NCBI GenBank assembly: GCA_021613535.1 | Contig: CP075493.1 | Location: 8,680,001 to 8,744,000, forward strand | Origin: Adineta vaga | Lineage: Eukaryota; Animalia; Rotifera | DNA: 64,000 bases | Reading direction: 5' to 3' | Shown here: piece by piece, positions 51,887 to 64,000 of the stretch | Position numbering within the stretch: the first letter of the stretch is position 1 | Layout: each line of letters starts with the position of its first letter | Made by a program: the position numbers and the translations under genes | The notes under the pieces: model-generated | Seen by the model: the letters and a program-made list of their open reading frames with translations, nothing else | Told to the model about the DNA's origin: nothing | The model's database searches: none

Positions 51887-53364
51887 CTACGTCACAACAA
51901 CAAATCCATTATAAGCTGATGATGATGAAGGATTATTCGATGGATTCTGATTAGGAATTTGTGGCTGCATAAATGTATGAGTTTGTCGACGAAGCCAATC
52001 ATCTTTGAAGATATGAATTGTTAATATTTGAGCAACATTAGCTAATTTGTTCCATACATGTGCCAAAACTAATTGTTCATCTGCATCACGACTAAAACAA
52101 AATCGATTTGAAAGAATATCTTCTAATGTACGTAGAGATATTGATTGATTGTAGTTAGCAAAACTTTGATGATTAACTTAAGTTCCGATAGATAAAAATT
52201 AGATTATCAATTTTATGTAACATGAGAAAGTTGGTGAAAATCATCATCAGACAGTAACTATCAACTGTTATTAGACATGCTAGAAGATCATTTTAAATTG
52301 ATGATAACGATATCTAATCTACCAGACATTCAATGACCTTGAAAGAAGGTCAATATATTGATAAAAGTGTCGTATTTTTGCTGTAAAAAAAAGTTTTAAA
52401 TTTCAGTTTCTTACCGACAACGAACATGTAATGACCCAACAAGTGTTCCAAATGATAATGCCCAAAAATGTTCATGACGAAATTCTAAAACTCCATCAAG
52501 TCTTGATGCCTCATGTAAACATTTATCTAACTGTCCAATCATGTGTGCTGGTGTTGTTTGTAATAATATCTTTCCACTATAAATTGCCATTGGTACCATT
52601 GTTCCAAATGTCATGAAAGCCATCGATAAGGATGATAATGTATCCACAAAATTTCCATAACCCATTGTTAATAGGAATGAATCCGAGAAAATAATTGCTA
52701 AACCACACCAACAAAGTAAAGCTAATGGATTAATACGTGGTAAAAGTAAACGACTTAAACCAGGTATATAATGGCATAAATTTTGAAATATATCACTAAC
52801 ATGTTCTTGTAACCAACTGGATGAACTAGCCGCAATGACATGATCAAATGGTTGATTAGGTACAAAATAAATAACAACTAGATGCATGAAGAATGTAATG
52901 AACGATGCCGGCATTAGATAGCCAATATGAATGGGTTCATTTTCAAGAAATTTTTCAATCGATTCTTTAAGAATAAAAAAAGCTCCAAGTATGGAAAGCA
53001 TCGTAGATGTAAAAACAGCTAAAACTTCAAAACGAGCTGTTCCATATGAAAATGTCGCAATTGTTTGTGTTGGAATGAAAAGTGCAGTAGAACTATCATT
53101 ATTTGCTGATTGAATCTTTTGACGAACTTTTGTATTTCGATTTTCAATATTCCAGGCCGAAAGTAGAGCAGTACCAATGAATAATAAATCAAATATGCAT
53201 AAAGAACAGAAAGCTTGTAATGCCATAGAATTCGCTTGACCAGCCATTGTAAATACAACGAGACATGCTACTAATGTTACTAATGTAATAATTATTGTAC
53301 TACGTGAATGGGAAGCTTTAACAAGATAGAATAAGGATCGTAAAACAGATGTTGCTGCATTCAT
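51887..53364 (-). CDS. SLC30A6: Zinc transporter 6 (CDF family)
   Basis: FSYGTARFEVLAVFTSTML, AASSSSWLQEHVSD, GKILLQTTPAHMIGQLDKCL, LDGVLEFRHEHFW and GSLHVRCR|RDADEQLVLAHV...IFKDDW. Confidence 0.92.
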
Positions 53365-53862
53365 GATAATCTAAAAAGAGGGAAAGAAGAAGTTTGATTC
53401 ATTATTTCAAAATCATAATATATATGACTGATAATCAAATATACGAACGGTTTTAAGGAACAGACAATGCTGGAACTTGTTATGCTATTCCATATAGTAT
53501 ATTATATCTAAACATTAAGAAAATTCTATAAGTGTTTTCTATTATGGTATTTATTTTTAAACATAACTCTAAAATACATGTATATTCATCTAACTTTTTT
53601 GTTTCAGGAGATACCTATCTCAGTAAAATTCATTCATGGTAATTTATTCTCAATTTTCATACTGGTGTGATCATAACCAATCGATCTTAACTTCATAGAT
53701 GGCAGTTTTATAGAATAAAAATCTTCCAAATTTCTCATTAACTTTATTCACTAAAATAAATTACTTTTTCAATTATTATCTTAAATGAAACAGAATTTTC
53801 TCTAAAAACATTCGTTTGAAAAAAGATGAGATAACATTTCCTTTATCAAAATGTCATTCTAT

Positions 53863-53881
53863 CCAATAGCCTATTACCACC
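53863..53881 (+). promoter_or_regulatory. ERSE-like element CCAAT-N9-CCAC upstream of calnexin
   Basis: CCAAT AGCCTATTA CCAC C has the exact 9-nt spacing, with the last base off the CCACG consensus. Confidence 0.5.
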
Positions 53882-54041
53882 ACTGCTAGCCATTAAAAAA
53901 AAGCGATCAATCAGTTTGCTCGACAAACAAAAGGTACCATTCTCGTTCTTGACCTTCATTCTTCTTCATTGGCGCGTTGTATTATTTTAATTAAATATGA
54001 ATCAAAAAAAAATGTTCTTTTCTTTTGCATTTTAGATCATC

Positions 54042-56342
54042 ATGCGATATACTCTATTAATATTAGTTCTTTGTTTATTAAATCTTTCCATATTGAAAGC
54101 ACATGATGACGATGATGGTGATGATATGGATGAAGAAATCTCAATTGAAGATACTCCAGCAGCTACAGCAGCAAATATTGAGAAAGGAAATGTACCAACA
54201 ATAAAATCTGCATCAGCAAATATTTATTTTGAAGATCAATTTCAAGATAAATCTAAATGGTCACGTTGGGTTAAATCACAAGCGAAGAAAGATGATGTCG
54301 ATGAAGTTTTAGCTAAATACGATGGAGAATGGGGCTTGGAAATTCCACAATCATCAGTTTATAATGATGACTATGCTTTGATTTTAAAAGTACGAATTTT
54401 ATTTTTGAAAAATTTTTTGCCAAAGAAAAACATATCAACTTTTCTTTTTCTAGTCGAAAGCAAGACATCATGCTATTAGTGCGCATCTATTTAAACCATT
54501 CGATTTTTCAACTAGTCCACTTGTTGTTCAATATGAAGTCAAGTATCAAACAAATCAAGAATGTGGTGGTGCTTATGTGAAATTACTTTCTCATACAGGA
54601 AAACAGCTTGATTTAGTAAGTAAAATGAATATCAACTGAGATTGAAGTTTTATTCAATTATTTTTAGAAACAAGTTACAGACAAAACTCCATATACAATC
54701 ATGTTCGGTCCAGATATGTGTGGTGTTGATCATAAATATCATTTTATTATTCGTTATCGAAATCCTAAAACAGGCATTTTCACTGAACATCAAGCAAAAA
54801 AACCAACAGAACCGTTAGATACTTATTTTACAGATAAAAAATCGCATTTATATACACTTGGTAAATGAAGCAAATGTTCTTTTTTGTTTCAATTAAAATC
54901 TATTTTACATTTTTATTATTCTAGTTTTATCGGCTGATAATAGTTTTAAGATGTATATTGACAATAAAATAATCAATTCCGGCAATTTATTAGAAGATAT
55001 GGAACCATCAATCGTTCCATCCAAAGAAATTGTTGATGAAACTGATCGAAAACCTGATGATTGGGATGATCGAGAAAAGTAAAACATCAAAGCTTGTTAA
55101 TTTTTGTAATAAAATGAAATCTTTATTTTAGAATTCCGGATGTTACTGCCGAAAAACCAGATGGTAAAACAATAAATTTTAATTGCATCTATCTCTATCA
55201 ATAAATCAATTTTTTTATAGATTGGGATGAAACTGAACCAAAAGAAATGCCTGATGAATCAGCTAGTATTCCCAATGGTTGGCTTGAGAATGAATTAGCA
55301 ATGATTCCAGATCCAAATGCGGTGAAACCAGCTGACTGGTAAGATTAATTTGATATGTTAAAATATTCTCATCATAACTTTTGATCTTTATTTCACTAGG
55401 GATGATGATATTGATGGTACATGGGAAGCACCAAGTATTGATAATCCTGTTTGTAAAGATGCTCCTGGTTGTGGAGAATGGACAGCACCTATGATTCCCA
55501 ATCCAGCTTACAAAGGTGTTTGGCGAGCACCATTGGTGGAAAATCCAAACTATCGTGTATGTTGATTAATTTTTATCATTAAAATCATTTCTAAGCTTCT
55601 TTTTTCCCCTCTTCTAGGGTAAATGGGAACCACGTAAAGTACCAAATCCAAATTATTTTGAAGAAAGTCATCCATATAAATTAACACCTATTGGCACTGT
55701 TGCACTTGAACTTTGGTCAATGGTTGATGGTGTTGTATTTGATAATTTCATCATTACTTCTGATCAATCAATTGCTAAGCAATTTGATGATCAAATTTGG
55801 TATCCAAAATCAGTTCTCGAAGGCAAAGCTATATCTGCAGCATCGGATAGTGTTGTTGATGCTGTTATTAAAGCCACTAAAGATCGTCCATGGTTATGGG
55901 CTGTGTATTTAGTCGCAATTTTATTGCCAATAATTCTTCTTTTTGTATTCTGTTGGCCAAAAAAATCAGCGAAAAAATCTGTCGATGGAATGAAAAAAAA
56001 GACTGATGCCATTGAACCAGATACAAATGAACAACGTTCTTCATCACGAACAGAAGAAGATGACGAAGAAACCGAAGAAATTGAAATTGATGAACGACAA
56101 ATCAAGCGTACAGTTAAAACGCCAACTGGTCGTGATGCACTTGAAAATGAAGAAGAAGGAGAAGAAGAAGTTGAAGTTGAAGAAGAAGAGGTTCGTAATA
56201 ATAGTGTTCTTTTGAATTTATGTTGTTTTGTATTTTGATTTTGCCTTTTTTTCAGGTTCCTGAAACAACTGAAAAAGACAAGAGTAAAAATGCTTCCCCA
56301 TCGGCTGGCAACAAAGCCCGTCGACGTATGCGAAAAGAATAA
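54042..56342 (+). CDS. CANX: Calnexin
   Basis: Signal peptide, [10 protein letters not shown]...[25 protein letters not shown]-domain repeats, APGCGEW, TM helix [16 protein letters not shown], acidic tail ending ARRRMRKE*. Confidence 0.97.
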
Positions 56343-57697
56343 TTAAAAATTTCGTCTTGCTTTCTTTCTTTTTTTTAATCAGTTTCTGTCTGGATTTCTC
56401 TCTATTTCTCAACGATATTAACCAAAAAAATCATGTCCATTTGTTTTCTTTTCTATCAACTATTCCATTTGTCTGTACTTCTCGTTCTTTTTTTTCTCGT
56501 TGTTTCAGTCGGTGGACGTGTGTCGATTTCGTTTTTTTTTTGTACTTTATCATCTTGTTCACTTCCCTATTGTCTACATACCATATGTCTTCTGCTACTA
56601 GGAATTTTATCTCTTCATTCGTATGTCTCTTGCATATAAAATCAAGATTTAAAATAAATAAAATACGAAAAAAAATATATATGAACGTATTATAATATAT
56701 ATCTAGCTGAAACGAAATCACTGAAAAGAGATGCGATGATTTTACAAGAATGAAAAGAAATGTTTCTGCATTGTTTACACTCCGTTTGGTCTATTATTCT
56801 TCAAATTAAATCAATAAAAACAGTACAGTTATCCTAATTCATAATATTGTTTGGATGAACATCGTAGCCTGATTCATATCATGCTTGCTCAATGAATCTG
56901 AAAAATAAATCTCATTAGACAATGAAACCAACTGTAGTTTGATTATTACCAGATTGCTAATGAAATGAAAGGAATAACAAGTCAAGTACAAGATAGAAAT
57001 AGATTTATAGGACAAATTCGTTCAAGAATATGATTCTTAGAGTTCGATAGGTTTCAGAAAGTGGGTGAAAGTTTTTTCTTTTACTATTCAAAATAGGAAG
57101 AATCAGAACCGTTTTCATACATCGAAATTGTCTTAATTGTAGTATTTCTTATATTAACTATTGAATAATTTTATGCAAGAATGGCTTTTCCATAGAGATC
57201 ATTAATTGGACTATTTGACATAATGATTAAATATGTAAATTCATCTTTAATTAGAAATTCCACAGACATGTAGTCTGATTATTATTGGAATTTGATACAT
57301 ATACATATATATATATATTAAATCAAAAGTGTTCTTTATTCTCTGTCTATCTAATGAAAAGAAAATAATAGAACTAATCAATATAATTATTTTTCGTGTG
57401 AATATTTCTTGTTTTTCTCTGTCAAATCCTTGATTTTTATCGTTATTATTTCATTATCTCTTATACCATTTGTTCTTTACTTCCGCTATATATTGCTAAC
57501 TATATATATATATTTATATATATGTGTGTATGTATATAATATATTCGTCCTATCCAGATGGAATAAATGTTGTCCTTCGTTTCTCTTATTCTGTTCTGTT
57601 ATCGTTAACATTGCTCTAACAATATCTTAAATAAGACCGACAACAAATAATATATTATCTATGTAAATAAGTTTGACTACAGCGTGTCTTGGTCAAT

Positions 57698-58379
57698 ATG
57701 ACAATCAGTATCGGAGGTTCGGATCTTCCTACTGAAACCATCACATTCACTCGAGTACCCGAAGAAATCAAACGAACACAACATATTCTTCTATTTCTTA
57801 TTTCTATCGTTCTAGTAAGTTAGATCAATTAGATAAAACGACGAAAATACATATGATTCTAATCTTTCCAGAGTATTCATATAATTATATTTATCATGGT
57901 TATTTATTCCTTATCAATTAATTATCGAACAAATACGTTTGAACCAATTATTAATCTTTGTTGGATATTATTTTTTGCTATTGGAATCTTTGTTACACAA
58001 AGATACTATACCATGGGATTATTTATCGTTAGTATTAAATGTCACGAAATTGTCTTTTTTTTAGTTTCGGTTTTGTTTAGTTTGCATGGTGTGGCATTCT
58101 CAATATCGTTCTAACGTGTATATTAATTGTCTTTGTCACAGTAGCAATAGTTATAATCACTTCTCAATCATCGAAACAGATTAGTGGAATACCATTTACT
58201 ATCATTCCAATTGTTGCATGTTTGACAAGCGTTATATTTGATGTAACGAGAGAAATATTCATATGATACACATATATATGTCTTGCTTTTCATTTTAGGC
58301 AGTTATTGTCATATTTTCATTTAAATTATGGTATTTAATCATCAAAAATCAAAAACCAACGGATCATCATCGAGTTTAA
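57698..58379 (+). CDS. Small four-TM orphan membrane protein (4 exons)
   Basis: MTISIGGSDLPTETITFTRVPEEIKRTQHILLFLISIVL|SIHIIIFIMVIY...TQRYYTMGLFI|FAWCGILNIVL...SVIFD|AVIVIFSFKLWYLIIKNQKPTDHHRV*. All three introns are GT-AG and phase 0. Confidence 0.7.
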
Positions 58380-58696
58380 TCTTTTATTTTCGAACAAAAA
58401 TAGAATCTTTCGATATTTGTAAATGTACTCCTCAAATAAATATAATTCATCAAAACACGCAACTTTCTCTTTATTGATGGACAGCTATATCATAGAAACT
58501 ACAAATATGGGTTATTTTGACGTAATCTCATTCGAAAATATTTTCTGTTGACCGAAATCGGTTAAATAATGAAATCAATATTCGCACTATTATGATATGT
58601 GAATTCCAACACATGTCTTTTGATTATCTGTTGAAATAAAAACCATTTATGTTTTAATAGAATTAAAAACAATTAGAACAGGAAAAAAAATCAAAA

Positions 58697-59566
58697 ATGA
58701 TTCGTCTTGTTTTTCTTTTGTTCATGGCAACTATTGCATCGGGTTCAATGTATCGACCAGTTGTTTTGATGCATGGCATCACATCATCAGCTGCTGGAAT
58801 GAATGAATTTGCTGGTTGGCTTCGTACTTCTTTTCCAGGAATCTATGTTATATCTGTTGAGATTGGAAATGGCGTTGATGATTCATTCTTGTGGCCATTA
58901 GACAAACAAGTTGAACATTTTTGTGAAACTGTTCTTGCTGATGAACATCTTCGACAAGGTTTTAATATGTTAGGATATTCTCAAGGTAGTATTATTGCAC
59001 GTGGTGCTTTGGAAAGATGTTCGTTACCTGTTCATAATTTAATTACATTGAGTGGTATTCATCAAGGGGTGTTTGGTATTCCATATCTATTGAAATTACC
59101 CATACAATTTCGTGATTTAATAACGAAATATGCTTATGAAAAACCAGTACAAAATGGCATTAGTGTTGCAAATTATTGGCGTGATCCTGAACAATTAGAT
59201 CGATTTCGATCACATTGTCATTTTCTTCCCGATATCAATAATGAACGTGAAGTACGCAATGAAACTTATCGTAATAATATGTTGAAATTGAATGCGTTCG
59301 TTATGACTTATTCGGATATTGATGAAATCATTTCACCAAGACATTCAGGTTTATTTATGGGTTATGCACCAAATTCATTACATGTTGAAACATGGAATAA
59401 TTCAAGACAATTCACCGAAGATCTTATTGGTTTGAGAACATTATGGGAACAAGGCAAATTGTATACATTTACAGCTCATGTAAAACATCAAGATGTTCCA
59501 CATGCACCAAATAGAGATTTTCTTGTGAAAAATATTTTTCCTTTTTTTAATAATACACTCTCATAA
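58697..59566 (+). CDS. Palmitoyl-protein thioesterase (lysosomal), intronless
   Basis: Signal peptide, PVVLMHG, nucleophile motif GYSQG, HQGVFGIP, ANYWRDP and FLPDINNE. Asp (DEIISP) and His (KHQD) are plausible triad positions. Confidence 0.93.
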   Translation: MIRLVFLLFMATIASGSMYRPVVLMHGITSSAAGMNEFAGWLRTSFPGIYVISVEIGNGVDDSFLWPLDKQVEHFCETVLADEHLRQGFNMLGYSQGSIIARGALERCSLPVHNLITLSGIHQGVFGIPYLLKLPIQFRDLITKYAYEKPVQNGISVANYWRDPEQLDRFRSHCHFLPDINNEREVRNETYRNNMLKLNAFVMTYSDIDEIISPRHSGLFMGYAPNSLHVETWNNSRQFTEDLIGLRTLWEQGKLYTFTAHVKHQDVPHAPNRDFLVKNIFPFFNNTLS

Positions 59567-60166
59567 GAAATAAACTATACGCACTATTTTATAACTTGAA
59601 GAAGTATATCTTCATCATGCGATCGTAAAAGGCATAGATGGCGCTAGATGATGATTAGTTATGTCAGAATTAATGATTAAGAAAACAATTAAATAGATAG
59701 AAACAAATATTTTCATAAATTTTTAAACTAGATTTAACTGGTTTTTGACTATCAATATTTATTTAGTTCCTTAAAAATGATTGGCTCGTGTTGGCATAGT
59801 CTTCGTCATCTATTTATTTCTTCCTTCATTTTCCCTATAGATATATATATTTTCATAGATTTTATTTTTAATGATATCTTCATTTTGTCTGTTCTCAAAA
59901 AGTAAGGTCTAATCGAACAAGAGAAATAATTTCCATGACGTGACCACCCTCTTCTCATCGTACCTATTTTTCCATGCTTCAATGATTCTCACAGATTACA
60001 TGTTTTAGATAGCTTTTTCTCTATTTCAAATGACTAAAGTATCAATGTTTTCTATTTGTTAACATTTCATGATGTAAGTTCCATTTGACAGACGTTATTT
60101 TGATTTTTCTTTGTTTCAATTGAATCTAGTCGTTCAACGAGTACAAACGTTTCGAATACTTCTCAA

Positions 60167-60967
60167 ATGACTTCGTCAGATATTGCTAACAATTCTTCTG
60201 GTTTCAAAACTGGTTTAACTTGGGATTTAACTCCATATGAACAACAACGTAAATCACATGAATTATTACATGATGAAGAATTACTTATTAGTCCAAAATC
60301 TCTTCAAAGTGAATTAACTTGTCCAATTTGTCTTGATCTTTTACGTAATACACGTACAACAAAAGAATGTTTACATCGATTTTGTTGTGATTGTATTGAA
60401 ACAGCATTACGTAGTGGAAATAAAGAATGTCCAACATGTCGAAAGAAACTTATTTCAAAACGTTGTTTACGTCGTGATCAAAATATTGATGCTTTAATAT
60501 CAAAATTATTTCCTATACGTAATGATAATGATGATTTATTATTAAATAATCGAAGTAAATATCCGAGAAAACCTCTTCGTGCAAGTTTATCATCAGATGA
60601 TGAACATCAAACAAAAGAAAAGAAGAAAAAACGTATTTCAGAATCTTCATCATCAGCTGGTTCGATTCCAACTATCAATGATATTGAATTACAATTAAAA
60701 CCAATAAATAATCAGAATTCATATACAACACGAAAAATCCTGACACCATTAAATGCAACAATTAATCATCTATCAAAATTTATTAATACACGGATGAAAT
60801 TAGAACAACAAAATTCCACATATATCGAACAGGAATTTCAATGGTTTATTAATATCAATGATGATATTCCTGTGGAAAATTCACTTACATTAGAACGTTT
60901 ATTAGAACAATATTGGAATAATATGTCCAAACCATATAATATTTTTTATCGAGCAATTTCTCATTGA
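60167..60967 (+). CDS. RNF2: Polycomb E3 ligase RING1/RNF2 (Sce) homologue
   Basis: [62 protein letters not shown], and RAWUL domain [11 protein letters not shown]...[11 protein letters not shown]. Confidence 0.93.
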   Translation: MTSSDIANNSSGFKTGLTWDLTPYEQQRKSHELLHDEELLISPKSLQSELTCPICLDLLRNTRTTKECLHRFCCDCIETALRSGNKECPTCRKKLISKRCLRRDQNIDALISKLFPIRNDNDDLLLNNRSKYPRKPLRASLSSDDEHQTKEKKKKRISESSSSAGSIPTINDIELQLKPINNQNSYTTRKILTPLNATINHLSKFINTRMKLEQQNSTYIEQEFQWFININDDIPVENSLTLERLLEQYWNNMSKPYNIFYRAISH

Positions 60968-61082
60968 TGAAAATAATTAAATGAATTTTTCGGTCTCATT
61001 CTTTTTTTTTGTATAGAGAAGATAATCTGTTTATATACATATACATGTTTGTTGTTAAATAAAAATCTGTATAAATGTCTGA

Positions 61083-63222
<2,140 letters not shown>

Positions 63223-64000
63223 TCTGGATAAAAAGAACATTCTTTGAAAACAATTTTATTTTAATGGTTGATCTTTTCGAGTACAAGAAGATGAACATGA
63301 TCTTTTCTTCTTATCTTTGTATATCACCGTTGTTTTTTTCTTTGATGGTCGATAAATATCGTGAGAGTGTTTATATACATATATGTTTATTTATTTGTGT
63401 CAGCAATTCATTATTTTAGCTGATACGTTTTTTTCTTGTATATCTTAATTATTTTCGATTTCGACGTATAAAATTCACGAGAGAAAAATATTAATGAATG
63501 ATCAGATTCGGAGAAGTTTTTTGGAATCTATAATAGTTTAAATTGAGAAAATCGATTTTTAGTACTCTTCTCAGAATCTAAAGATGAATACTAATTCAAA
63601 TCTCTAAGGAAAAGACGTTATGTTTGCTTCGATTGAAGATTTTTGATAGGAATTGTATTCTACATATTGTGAAAGTTTACTATATTCATCAGAGATCGAA
63701 TATGCAATTTTCCTTATTTTTCAAGTGATTACGTTATGTTAAAAGAATATACAGGAACGCGTAGATCCAGCATGCCGATGGAAAACTTTACATTTCCAGA
63801 TTGTACTGTCTTGCTTATACGGAAATGACAGTATAAAGTTAAATTTTCGAAAATATTCAACTACTTGATGTCAACTTCTTTTTCGCAATTATTAGAAGAA
63901 CAATAGAGCGTCTGTTGAAAAAAATTCTTTTCCGTCTTTTCACCAACTTCAAATCACAATTTGCAACTAAAAAATTTAATATGTTCATTTATTTCATAAA

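Noticed and set aside
63802-63832. TACTGTC...GACAGTA inverted repeat
   Set aside because: A 7-bp stem with no supporting context is expected by chance.

Overview
This is AT-rich, gene-dense eukaryotic DNA with many short (about 50-60 nt) GT-AG introns and metazoan gene content, most consistent with a bdelloid rotifer (taxon is inferred, not shown). I reconstructed about 25 genes by hand-splicing. They include a C2H2 zinc finger, PCF11, OMA1, POLDIP2, a Rab26/37, a DDHD phospholipase, an Mpo1/DUF962 protein, DCTN3, RPL5, a nuclear receptor, NUP107, Fe65/APBB, MEF2, headcase, NOP14, ACMSD, TULP4, ZnT6, calnexin, a palmitoyl-protein thioesterase, RING1 and SRP54, plus several orphans. Five observations stand out. 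(1) Same-strand genes sit only 76-136 bp apart with a splice acceptor just before the downstream ATG (DDHD>POLDIP2>OMA1, NOP14>headcase, RING1>SRP54), which looks like operons resolved by trans-splicing. (2) One RPL5 intron carries five box C/D snoRNAs (four SNORD80/snR60-like, one SNORD60/snR48-like) whose guides differ from the usual 28S rRNA core. (3) The Rab gene is nested antisense inside a POLDIP2 intron. (4) There are two small secreted peptide precursors, one resembling vitamin K-dependent Gla proteins. (5) Two intronless genes (Mpo1/DUF962 and the thioesterase) are candidates for horizontal acquisition. CDS coordinates give the start-to-stop gene span including introns, and all identifications come from recalled motifs rather than database searches.
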